Shown: positions 11,515 through 23,448 of the stretch, piece by piece
How the letters are laid out: every line of letters begins with the position of its first letter
Position numbering within the stretch: the first letter of the stretch is position 1
Source of the DNA: Perkinsus chesapeaki ATCC PRA-425
Lineage: Eukaryota > Protista > Perkinsozoa
Direction of reading: 5' to 3'
DNA: 64,000 nucleotides
NCBI GenBank assembly: GCA_013115145.1
Contig: JAAPAO010000027.1
Location: 1 to 64,000, forward strand
The notes under the pieces: generated by a model
Seen by the model: only the letters and a program-made list of their open reading frames with translations
Told to the model about the DNA's origin: nothing
Database searches by the model: none
Position numbers and translations under genes: made by a program

Positions 11515-13266
11515 ATGGCCAACAACAACGCAGATGACATTGCCTCCTCGCCGACCCTGATCCTAATTATAGTGGCAATGACGCTCTTCTTCACCTTCAG
11601 CGCGCTGATGGCTCTAAGGGCGCCGCCTGGGAGCAAATGGCGTGCAATCATCCTGCCCAAGCTTGGTGTTATCTTCGCCAGTCTTCTTGTGTGGTTTGTC
11701 TTCACTGGCTCGAACGTTTATACGGTTCTCATACTTTGCATTCCAGTGGCGGGGCCTATGCTGGCTGCCTTTTGGTTGTGGTACAGAGATCACCGTAGGG
11801 CGAGAAGGAACAAGAAAGCCGCTGAGAAGTTGGCCCAAGCAGCAAGACAGCAATCGCTGTTTATCGATGTTGAAGGAGGGGAGGGCTTTCGCCTGATTGA
11901 TAGATCGGTGAGTGTTGGCTTATATAGTATTTAGTGTGGTGCACCATAGAAGGGTTCCATTGGCTATTTACAATCATGCTTACAGTGTGCTTGACTGGTG
12001 TTTCAAACACCAGTTAAACACCGTGTTTTTATGAAAGTTTTCATTGACATATTAACTCTATTCATGAGTATTTTTATGTCCCTTATCCCTATCCGTCAAA
12101 GTTCATCGTATGGCTCTCTTTATTGCTGGTAGGGGCAGAAATCTGCCACAGTTCCGCCAAATTTGCTCCACGTTCCTTGCCAGCGTATATGTTGGAAATA
12201 TTAATTTGACATCGTCCAATTTCTCGGCCTGTTACTTGCCTATCTATCTGGCTACTAATGATAGTTTTTCCCTTTCAGCGAGATTACCCTCGCCCGCCAG
12301 TATCACCGAGCTCTGTCTCTTCCTGTGAGAGTGAAATTGTTGCCAGAGTGAGCCAGCCGCGGGGCCGTACGCATGCGTGCAGCGTATCTTTCTCAGAGCA
12401 TTTCTGGTGATTCTGATGAGGATAGATTCGTGTCTTTAGACGAGCAATTTGTAGATGCTGAAGACAAGGTAAGCTTGTCGAGTGTGTCAGAGAGCCGAAC
12501 TTGATGGATTCCTGGGGAACGACCAAGTGGGACTGGCAATCTTTCAGTGAAGCTCAGTTACTTCACAAGGCCAAAGAAGGGCTTTATAATTGTGTCCGCG
12601 TTATCAGACTTGGTCAATTTGGTACGACAGTAGATATGTTCGATTGTTAAGACTTTTATAGTGTATTACACTCTTGAAATTTATCACAAGCTAGATGTGC
12701 GGAAAATATGGTGGTTGGAGATATGATAGGATCATCGAGGTGGTGTTTGATCATCATTTTCAGGAAAGTGTTTCTATGTCACCTAGCAAGAGTAAGCAAG
12801 TACGATTTGCCGGCTTGCCGGAGCTCAGCAGTAGCAGTCTCCACCTACCACCAGCGCCCACCACTGACAAGGTGAGACTAAATACGGTTACGCTTTACGT
12901 TAAGGATTAGAATAATGTTAATCGTAAGATGCCCGTGCTGGACAGGCTACATATTATGTTTGTTGATGGAGCGAGAAAATCATACTTCGCCGACGCAATT
13001 CGCTTTATTGTGGCGAAAAACCAAGTTTGGTCCGAATTTTTTATAAGTAGCTAATCTTCAACGTCATTTTTTACAGTAGTGTTGCACCGAGATGAATGTC
13101 CACATAGGAGCTAATGGCTTCGCAGTCATAACTCGCTTCTTCTTCTTCTTCTTCTTGTTAGGTCGGTAAGCCAAAGAAGCTCTGGGACGGGTACTATGTG
13201 AAGAAGAGGCCATGGGGAGCATACTCGAGCCAAAGAATTAATTTTACCATACAAATAGCTGAGTAG
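11515..13266 (+). CDS. 3-TM family paralog A1 (multi-exon; unknown function)
   Basis: Exon 1 (11515-11907) encodes three hydrophobic helices (NADDIASSP-TM1-APPGSKWRAII-TM2-GSNVY-TM3) then a basic stop-transfer. The last exon ends VGKPKKLWDGYYVKKRPWGAYSSQRINFTIQIAE*. Internal exons are tentative. Confidence 0.7.
13136..13156. repeat. (CTT)7 microsatellite forming the polypyrimidine tract of the last A1 intron
   Basis: Read directly; ends 5 nt upstream of the acceptor TTGTTAG. Confidence 0.9.
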
Positions 13267-13522
13267 ATGTTGGAGAGGAATCTGCCGACGTGAAGTTTGG
13301 ATATTGTCAAATCTCTGTTATAATAGTATTACCAAATCGTTATTGTTAGCTCCCTTGCGAGCATACTACCTTTTAGCGATAAACACTACGTAACGTAGCA
13401 AACGTTTCGCGCTACACAAGTTGCCTTTGTGTTGGTCTCAGGGCGGTTCCGATAGGTAGCATACCATGAAATATAATAGCAAACTGTGGTCCTTCTGGTC
13501 TCTATTTCTTGTTTCCACTATA

Positions 13523-14804
13523 ATGGCCCTTGGTCCCTTCACACCGTCCGATGTAGCCCACACATGGTGGATAATAGTCCTCATTATCGTCTTCATCATT
13601 GCCTTTGCTTTCTGCTCCTTGGTGTCGTTCTGGGCACCCGATACCAGCAATTGGCGAAGAATAATCTTTCCGCAGAGCGCGATGGTAGCCTTGAAATTCG
13701 TCCTGTTTGGTATCTTCGGCACCTCGGGTAGTGTCTACTCGGTTATGATTCTCACGCTGCCGGTGCTTGGTCCCATAGTGGCTGCGGTGGCCCTGTGGAT
13801 TCTAGATTGGCATCGGGAATGGAGGAGGGACAAGCTGGTTAAAGAGGGCAACTTCGTGGTAGAAATTGATGACGTGGGCGATGGGCAACGGATGTTCTTG
13901 AAGGTAAGCTGCTTTACTGTTCGGTTTTCGTCGCATGTACTTAAGAATTAGTTCGGTAGAGTGTAAATATGGAAACCACTTGGAGAAGTTAACTCTGTTG
14001 TATGCATTCAGGTTGGTGATGACAATGAGACTGAAGGGGGTTTCCTGTCCCCGCGCTCCCGTATAGAAATGGACTTCCCAGGAAGGGTAAGATATATTTG
14101 GATTTAACAGTGTACATCAGCTACGATCTAATAGTGTTATTTTTCTATTTTAGTGCTTATGAAAGCTCACGAAAGTCTGTAGGTGTGTTATTATCTCTCA
14201 TTTCAGCTCCCCATTTTACTTGGGTGTAGCAGCTCCCATATCAGGCATAAAAATATGAAAGGCTCTTGTATCTTTGGTTGATGCTTGCATGTCAGGGACG
14301 CGCGGTGTCGTCGTGGACACTGGGTGCGTTACCCGAAGGTCTTGAAGATACAATAGAAGCTATCAAGGAAGCTGATCTAAAGCATGCTGGGGGCCCTAGG
14401 GCACATTCAAAAGTAGGCTGCCTACTCGCAGTGGGGTTCAGCAATTGCTTATACTGAAATGGAGAAAAATTTTCATGGCTCATCAAAATATCTTATTCTC
14501 CTGTCAAATGCATGGTGAACCTCGAGTGGTCTTAGGGAAGGACGGACCACTCTCCGAGCATTGTGCTAAGGCCATCAGTGTCGCGCCGGGCCAGGCTGGC
14601 TCGGTCGACAGTACCGCGGAGACTCAGTACGATGGAGGGCGCAGAACTTTATAAGGTAGGCCCACCGGTGATGCGCATGCGTGCAAAACATTGTGTCAGA
14701 GTGACAACGAGTACATTCCACTTGGCGATGGCTACTCTTTAAAGGTGAACGTTGGCAGAGCGCCAGAGCACCGAGTCTACCTTACTGCAAAGCGCCAACT
14801 ATAA
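13523..14804 (+). CDS. 3-TM family paralog B1 (multi-exon)
   Basis: MALGPFTPSDVAHTWWIIVLII...APDTSNWRRIIFPQ...FGTSGSVYSVMILTLPVLGP, followed by exons VGDDNETEGGFLSPR, GRAVSSWTLGALPEGL and a last exon SDNEYIPLGDGYSLKVNVGRAPEHRVYLTAKRQL*. Closely parallels B2. Confidence 0.75.
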
Positions 14805-15129
14805 TATCCACCGAGAGGCTCCCGGTACTCGCCGAAGTGGCGACGGTATTTCACCATTTGTTTATAAGCTTGTATAGTAAAGAGCCATAATTATGTACAA
14901 TTGCAAATCTAATAATTTCATTTAAGAGCTGACGAGACGCACCAAACGATGGACTCGATGCGGCAGCCTTGCTGGCGGCTTACCGCGGATATCTGCCGTA
15001 CATAATACCTTTACTGACGTACCCTCACCTGGCTTCGACCTCTTTTGATCTCCTGAAACGTTGCCTCATTGCCAAAGTGCTTTGTGTTACTCGAGTTCCT
15101 GGTGGGCAACATTCTTATCAGTTTCGACA

Positions 15130-16627
15130 ATGGCGATTCAAACTCTTGGGCCGTATAATGCTGATGACATAGCAAAGTCTCCGGCGCTCATCTTCACCAT
15201 TATATTCTTCGTATTAGCCTTTGTGGGCTTCTCCCTGATGGCCCTGCTTGCTCCAGCGGGGAGCCGATGGCGAAGCATAATTCTGCCGCAGCTGGCCTCG
15301 GGGGTTCTGTACGTATTGATGTGGTTCATTTTCAACGGCTCCAACGTCTTCTCCGTCCTGTTGTTGACAATACCAGCGGCGGGGCCGATCATTGCTGCTG
15401 TATATTTATCGGTGTGGGAGTGTGTGAAGGCGAGGAAGAGGGCGAGGATCCGGGCGCTTACGCGAGCGCAAACGGAGATGGGCGAGGTAACATGGTGTAA
15501 TGGTTATGCTAGTTGGATGTTAATCAGAAGGTCGTTGGTTCTATTCCTCGTAATGAGTTTTTTCAGATCGATGGTGTTGATGTCGAAAATGGCGTCCTTG
15601 GCAATGACACAGCGGAGAAGCCCCCGAAATTGAGGGTAACTTGTGGGCGCGTTAGTTTTTGCGTACGTGGAACGGCTACCGCATTTTATGATCCTTTGAA
15701 AAGTATTGTCATGTTTGTTTTCTAGGATTTCTTACCGCTTGTGTACTAGGATCAAAAAGTCCGAAATGTTCGGGGGGTTTTGGTTCACGGGAAAGTTGAC
15801 CATTGTTTACTAGTTCTATCTGTGTATGTCGTTAACACTATGAAACCCGTTGTGGATTCCATGGAGTGATAGGCCTTTCAATTTGCAATGTCTCTCTTCA
15901 GTTACGCTCGATGTCCACCATGGCACCAGGTCAGACAGGCTTGTCTCCTTCTGCATACACAAGACATATGTCAAGAGGAACCACACAGCGCTTTTACTCC
16001 ATTTACGCCGATTCGGTGGCGGGTGAAGTAAGAATGGTGCTCAATCAATAATCCTATTGTTGTCCGTCAACTTAGCTCGATAGTCGTGATTGGACTCCGT
16101 CATGCTAACAATAATAGACCGACTTTTCTGCCCATACTGAAATTACCAAATCGGTTTTTCCAACTCTTCACTATGAGGAAACTTCTTTCCCTCTGCTGAA
16201 GAAGCTTTCCGGGAAATCAGCGAGTTATGCAGTTTTCCGCGGTTGCGGCACTCGCCTAAGCCTCGGCGTTGCCTCGGAGCGTTCTGCCATTAGGGATTGC
16301 TGATTTGCCCGCACCTTTTCAGGATACCGGAGAGCCGTCATTCAATATAGTACCCGTGCAGGATTGCACCGTTACAGTTCTGGACCCAGAATCAGATGAT
16401 GACGACGCCGATATGGCCTACGGAAAGATGTCTCCTGGGCACGGGAAGGTAGGCTTCGGCAGAGTTTCTCAAAACCATTATTGTGCTTCTAGGCTATGAT
16501 GACGCCCATTGACGATCTTCACAGCATGCGAGTAGAAGTCTGCGAGACCGCCGACAAGTCTCTGGCCTTCACCGTTCAGCTTCGAAAGCGGAAAAGAGAT
16601 AATTGCAATGACGATGGTCTTCCATAA
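15130..16627 (+). CDS. 3-TM family paralog A2 (multi-exon)
   Basis: MAIQTLGPYNADDIAKSPALIFTII...APAGSRWRSIILPQ...FNGSNVFSVLLLTIPAAGP. The last exon AMMTPIDDLHSMRVEVCETADKSLAFTVQLRKRK...* aligns with the B-type last exon. Confidence 0.7.
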
Positions 16628-16959
16628 TTCCCACTGTATTTTAACCTTCCCTTCATTTCACTCATATCGTTAGGAGCTGGACGCGCTCTTGTCGTAGCCA
16701 AAGCGCGCTGGCAGGTCGCCGCCGCTGCCGCCGCTGTCGTCCTGACTCCCTATATACGTACTGCCTTTGCTTCGTTGAGCCTCTTTGAAGGACCGTTGAT
16801 ACATCAGTACGGTTATCACTTTGCGTATTGTCACGCCTTTGTATGCATTCGGCCCTATGGCGAATAGCAATCCTATCATTCCTTGCCATATTTACTTCTC
16901 ATTACACCGTGATAGCTTGTGTTTAACAGCTCCGGTCTACGAGTGTTGTTAGTTTCCGT

Positions 16960-18276
16960 ATGGCTCTGCCTGGTCCGTATACAGTAGAGGACATCGGTCA
17001 CACTTGGTGGCTTATCCTCGTTATTATACTCCTCATTATCGCATTCGGTATATGTTCCTTCCTCGGCTTCATTGCCCCACTCACCAGCAAATGGCGCAGA
17101 ATTGTGCTGCCGCAAACAGTCAGCACTGCACTGTGCGTGCTGGTGTGGATCATCTTTGGTACCTCCGGTAGCGTCTATTCTGTCCTTATCCTCACCCTTC
17201 CTGTCTTGGGCCCTGTGGTGGCTGCAATAGCGATGTGGTTTGTGGACTGGCGACGTGAGAGACGGCGCGATAAGATGGTCAAGAAGGGCAACTTCACCGT
17301 GGAAGTGGACGGTTTTGGCGACAATCGCCGAATGACTCTCAGGGCAAGTCGAACCATACTTGTTACTTCGTCATTCTTCCCTTTCTGTCAGGTAGGTGAT
17401 GACCTCGACCCCGATGGTGGCTTCCTATCCCCCTGCTCTGGATCCGGTGATTACGCAATGCCGAGAGTAAGTGCTTCGTTGACGTTGGCAGATTGGAAAT
17501 TTCTCTTCGAAAGCTCAGCCGCGATTTTCCGAGCTGAAAATTTGGACAGCTCGGAAAGTTGAAGAATTCAGAAATCTGAGGAATGACTTTCAGAATTCTG
17601 AGAGTTTTCTCGACCGCGCTATATGAGTGGTGTTTCAGAGCCGAGCTGTGTCTTCGTGGACTGTAGAAGGATTGCCTGACAGTTTCCAAGCAACCTTGGA
17701 TGCCATTAGGAACCCGCGATACTACTCTATGGGAAGAGGATACAGTGAAGTTGCCGATCCACAGGTGAGAGCTTTTGCCGTGCTTTCCTGCTCCAGCCAC
17801 GCTGAAGCGCCCCAAACGGTTGCGAGTGCGATTGCTGGGCCAGACGCTCCACACCATGTAGCGTTTTCTGATGGGGAAACAACAATGTTATTTGCTCGAA
17901 TGCTGCCGAGTCACTTTCCTTCCTTGTCGGAAGCTGGCTGTGATGCATGCTTCAACTTCAGGATATAGACAAGTGGGCCCAAGAAGAGAGTAGTGCTCTT
18001 ATACAGCCATCTGTCTCCCGATGCGAGAGGAGGGCTGGAGTCAATCATATAGCTGTTCTTGACACTATAGCGGAAGGGGAAGTCTATCAAGTACGCTTGT
18101 CGTCCTTGCGCATGCGTGCAGAATTATTGTGTCAGGGCAACGCTGAACAACTGATACCTCTCGGAGATGGTTACTCATTAGAAGTCAGTGTCGGTATGGC
18201 TCCCAATCATAAGATTGACTTCACTGTACATCGTCAAAGGGCGAGTGCAGACAGCAGCACTGCGGTGAAGTCGTGA
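16960..18276 (+). CDS. 3-TM family paralog B2 (multi-exon; intron 1 probably GC-AG)
   Basis: MALPGPYTVEDIGHTWWLILVII...; exons VGDDLDPDGGFLSPC and SRAVSSWTVEGLPDSF; last exon GNAEQLIPLGDGYSLEVSVGMAPNHKIDFTVHRQR...*. Exon-for-exon match to B1. Confidence 0.75.
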
Positions 18277-19011
18277 AGCTCTCGAAGAAGGCCTTGATTT
18301 AAATTTGGCTCTCCTTCGAACTTGTGTATAATACGTTCTTGAAGGTTTGATATATGGTTATTCCGCTTGCTCGTTTCTCGTACTACCAGTCTAACTTAGG
18401 CGGGTGTGCCTGCGATCCTTCCGTGTTTGACTTGCGCAAAAGATGAACTTTTCATTCATTGCTCATCTATAGCGTTGAAGTAACAACTTTCGGGCGAATT
18501 GCGAGCAGCTGCAGTCGTTCGTTTAATGTCTCTCATCATGTGCTTTTTGTATGTCTATAAACGCTGATGTTGCGTCTAGAGCCTGTGTTCTAAACTTGCC
18601 TGGCTTTCGTGCCACCCTTGGCGGTAGTGTGCCAGGCTTCCAACCTACCCACATGTATGTTTGCTTACCGTGAGTGTATCCGGTATGGCCAGAGATATCT
18701 CTGAAATGGTATTATGATAATGATTATGCTATGAAGTCAAACACTAGTAATACTTAGCCAAGTTATCTTATATTCTGTGTCTTACTGCTGTGCGTAATGC
18801 ATTAGTAGCACTTTTATGGAGAAACATAGACCCTGCAGAAGAGGGCTGATATAGGAGAGACGTTAATGGACGATAGTGACACTTGCTGCTAGCAATCGTA
18901 CCTTGTTCAGAGCAGAAAGACACATGAGCAACTGAACTTCCCTGTACAGAGTGCTATTTGTGGAGTACCACGGTCGATGAGTGTGCATCTACGAGGCAGG
19001 CTTGTTTTATT

Positions 19012-22000
19012 ATGTCAGCTCGGCGAGCGGCGGCGGGGGAGGCTTCCAGTAGTGGCAAGAAGGGCAGTGGTGGTATGATGAATGTCACGGTAGAGTGCCA
19101 TTTGGAGGAGGCTAGGCAGCAAGGCGAGCACGAGTTCACGATACATCGGTGAGCTACTCAGGATACCGTGTCGACACAGAGGCGTGCACTAGCCTACGAA
19201 GGAAAATAATTTTTGGGAAAATTTTGACATTTTTCCGGTGGCTTTTCCAATCTCCCGACAATAGGGTTTGTCTTACAGCGGTTCGGCGGAGGGACTGTAG
19301 GGCTCCGTTGAGAAACACTGTAGGATATCCCGGCACTGTGAGAAGATTGCGGTATATCTTATCCTCCTCAGAAATATAACTGGTGGCAAACTAGTGTCAC
19401 TTGCTCGAACTCACTTTGGCTTGAACCGCAACAATCAAGACAGAAAAAGCGGCCCTGTGCTCCAGCGTCGCGACTGGCGTCTCGTGTATGTTGGAGGGAA
19501 GCAGGACAACAAAGAAGTGCAGAAGAGGGCATCCTCTGTAGGGCCTGCAGGGCCTGTGTGCTTAGCTACGGCTTTGGGCAGGTGGAGGCGGCTGGCATCG
19601 AAGATGGAGATCGTCTGCGGCTGATTTGTCATGTTGAGGACGTTGATGGAGCCCCGCAGTCGGGCCACAATGGAGCAGCGGATGATGGCAAGACGGCAGA
19701 GTCGAAATCAGGGGAGAGTCGCGAGCATTCAGAGGCGGGAGGTCATCATCACCATCATCACGGTAAGACGGTGGAACGGTGGTAAGCTTCAAGTCCACGA
19801 CTAGGCAAGAAACGCCGAAGGGCGAAGGGCGACGGGGACAGCAGCCACAGTTCGCACCAGCAGCCGGAGAGCTCAGCAGCGGATGAAGGAAATACGACAG
19901 AGGGAGGCGCCGAGGGAAATGTCGGTGAGAGTCGAAGGGTGGTGGATATTCGGCGTGGAGGAGTGGAATCTTCGCGGTGCGCAAGATACCTGTTATGGAT
20001 TTAGATCATCAAACACCGAAGCGAACGAGGGCGTTCCTGCAAGAGGAGGCTCCTACCAGGCGGTCTGCCAGGGTCCGCGGGATATGCGCCGATGTGGCGG
20101 TAGGAGAGAAAGCAGATGAAGGTAAGGATCTTACCGTAAGACGTCGTTATTAGCACTTACAATTTGCGAGTTACTTCCACCTTCCTCACTAATTACATTG
20201 CTTCCCCATGTATAAAGTAGAGATCTCATAATAAGTATTTCAGTGTGATACTCGGTAACTAAGCACTACTCACCTTCGCTCGACTGGGGGCTGTAGGAGA
20301 TCTTTAATTGAAGGCGCTTGAAGTTCAGGAAACAGTTTTTCAGGAAAGCAGAGCCTTCCGGTATCGCCTGAATCCGCGAACGAACTTGCGTTAAGTAGCG
20401 CGTCAAAGAAGCCCTCGACGGCGGCAAAGAGCAGCAGCAGCAGCTCTGCAGCGTCGCCGTCTCGATCTACGGCGGGCAAGTCACCCCAGCGGACACCGCA
20501 TATCGCGACCGCATCAAACGGCTGTAGGAGGCATTGGAGAGGAAAATCCCTAAACCCGAAGGCTGGTTCTCAGGCTTCCCGCGTACGAGAGACGACTGCT
20601 CATCGACAGGGCAAAAAGAGCTGGTGGACTCTACAGGAGGAAGTGAGCGATTTTTGGTAGGCCGTAATGTGGAACGTCGGCCGTTTAGGTGGGAACGCTC
20701 TAGAGGCGCTTTTGAAGACGAGTGAGGCCAGTGGAACAGAGCAAGGAGGTAAGCAGGTATTAAATAAAGGTTAACCGTTCTTGAACCATTAGAAAAAGAT
20801 TATTCCGACTTAATCCCACTCCAGCCCCACTTACGGCCAGCCGTGGGTTATCTAACAGTGGCCTGAAATACATTGCATTTTCCGAATAGCACCCCAGCGT
20901 AGCCGTTGATTGAGCACGCAGCTGGTGGAGAGGGCCTGGGGTGTGTGGGAGCTGGCAGTCCAGAGTCAGCGGTGTCAGACTTATCCGCGTACACCTGCGT
21001 CATCTGGAATGCAACCAGAAACCTCTTGGAATCTTCTGGGAAAAAATAATTTCCCGGAAAAATAATTTTTTCGATTGGTTAACGTAATGGGTTGCAAGTC
21101 GATGTATTTGTCAACGTCCTGAAAACATATCTTGGCAGTTGGCACTTGTTCAGGCCCGGCACCTGGGGCATTGCCGTCAGCTACTACGGAACCAAGAATA
21201 CAAAAAGGTCTAGAAGATCCGACTAGGAGATATGGTATGACAAATGGCCGTAGCCGGGGATCGAACCTCTGCGGTAAATCACTACTGTGTTTAGAGGAGT
21301 TGCGCTACGAGGCAGAGGAACTAATGAGAGGCGGTCAGATGGCCAAAGCAGCGGCAGCCTTCCAAGGCAGCTTGTCGGCATCATTTGACGCGAAAGACGT
21401 AGATTGGAGGTCACTGTATGATTGCCGGTAAGGCTTAGTGGCGTGGGTATTAACTCCTCAGTAGCCTACTCATTCGGGTTCGCACTGTAATCCGAACCGG
21501 GGTGTCACATAATGTGGAGGAAAAATGAATGGTGCTCCAAGATTTGAATCACATTTCGAATAGGAATGCAGTTGGCTGTAGAACAGTCACTTTACGGTGG
21601 AACGGAGTACCTTGCCTACAAGAAATGAAAGAAATGTACAAATTGTTGTCTGCCTGCCTCTCACTGCACTGCTACTGTAGAAGTAAAGTTAATCAGCTTC
21701 CTTGGAGTATTACAGCTCTGCAAACTCGATAGGAATCTCTCCGTTATTTAATCAGACACCTCCATCCCATTCATCGACAGGTACCAGATGACATTATGCC
21801 TTTATGAAATGCAACGGTTTGAAGACTGTGTCCGGGAGGCCAAAGTTAACCTAGACCTGTGCATCCATAGAACTGCCCCTCACCCCAGCGAGGCGGATGC
21901 TCGGAGACTTGTGGAGGTGAGCGGGCAGTGGGATTTGGATCACTCGTTACTTTCACGGGTAGCATATTTTCTAAGGTAGCTTCACACCGGTGTATTCAGC

Positions 22001-22966
22001 GCTTAAATCCATGCAGCTGGGTTTAAGCGGAAAATTGGTCTCTTGGTCAGGCACGCTCGATGGTGGGAGATTTCCTCCTCATTACAGGCAAAGTCGAAGA
22101 GGCCCAGAAGGCACTGGAGGCAGCGGTCGGTGGGGAGGAGGTCGCTACAGGTGCCTGCGTAGGGGCAGAGCTTTCGTATATTGTGAGCCTCTGTGGAGGC
22201 CTGGAGGACACCCAACCGATAGAGGTATGAAGGGCGGTGGGGTATCTATGGATGTTTCCGGTTAGGCATCGCCTTTCGCGATTGTAAGAATGCAACGGTT
22301 GTTGAGCTTGCCGAGCAGCAATTTCCGAGATGTTATTGATAAGGCGAAGGAAGGGAACACGGACGCTTTCTCGACTGATTTGAAGGCCTTTCTTTCTAAT
22401 TTGGGCCATCCGATGCCTTTGCCGAAGATCGAACGCGCGCTGTTTTGGGCGTTGGGCTCACAAGCGGGCGCTCGGGGGTGGAGGGCAGGTGCCAAGGTGA
22501 GCATGGCGTTGCCCCTCTTTCCGATGGGCATCGAGATTGCCGGCACGATAATAGAGCGTTATTTCGATTCGACGGCTCTCGCCTGAAATCGCGATTGTCG
22601 CAATGCGGGCGAGTTAAAATTAGGGAACTTAACAGGGCTGGAGAACCGGTCCCATGCTGGATCATCAACCTTCTCATTCCCGCCTCGCCTTGATGTCCCC
22701 AACTAGTGCTCTTTCAGTTGATCTGCCAACACTTACTATCCTACAAGATGAACGATCTACCTCTATTCGAGCACTGTAACCCTCGACTGCATGACTTACT
22801 CCGACGTTTGGATGGAATGGGAGCTCCCTTGAGGACGTACCAAGAGTTCAAGAAGGATGTCCTTGTAAGCAACCGAATACGTATCTTGTACGGTTAAAAG
22901 ATTCGCTATTGAGGTCAGTGCACTTAGCAGCTGCAAGTTCTGGACATTCCACAACCCCTTCGCTGA
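19012..22966 (+). CDS. UBL-TPR-like family paralog P1 (long form with TPR-like exons; 3' end uncertain)
   Basis: Exons give NVTVECHLEEARQQGEHEFTIHR / NITGGKLVSLARTHFG...DWRLVYVGG / VEAAGIEDGDRLRLIC (beta-grasp pattern), TPR-like helices (LRYEAEELMRGGQMAKAAAAFQGSL; LCLYEMQRFEDCVREAK) and the family motif GWRAGAK. Confidence 0.7.
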
Positions 22967-23448
22967 ACCTTTCCGAATTCCGTGCGTGCCGCCTTTTTCA
23001 GAAAATCTCAAAGCTGAATGAACTTGAGCTTGCCCGAAGTGACTTGCCGTCATCCTGCCACTGAACTGACATCGTTCATGTTCAGGATTTGATCCACGAA
23101 CCCTGCGATCTTCAGCGTACCTGCCCAGGGCTTCACGCCGGCATCACCAAGCTGTACCAAAGTAAACTTGAGCTGCTGTTCTCTATGATTGATGCTATGA
23201 TGATTACCTGAAATCGTGCCCTTTTGAGTGTTTCTCATCATACGCTGATTTGCGCCGCCAGTTAATGTGGGATCGCCATTATCCGTTTCTCAGTCTCTTG
23301 GTAGTCGTAGGAGCAATATGTTCTATGTAGCGAATTTGTTGATAGTAGGGCATAAAGCGGTCGGTTTAGGTCTGTCAATGTACACCTGCCCATGTTCAGT
23401 GATAGGGAATTCCATCTGGCGTTTTGATCTCACGTTTGCTGGTTGCTC

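Noticed and set aside
16662-16889. Minus-strand ORFs between paralogs A2 and B2
   Set aside because: Under 80 aa, no motif, and no counterpart in the A1-B1 spacer; not supportable.
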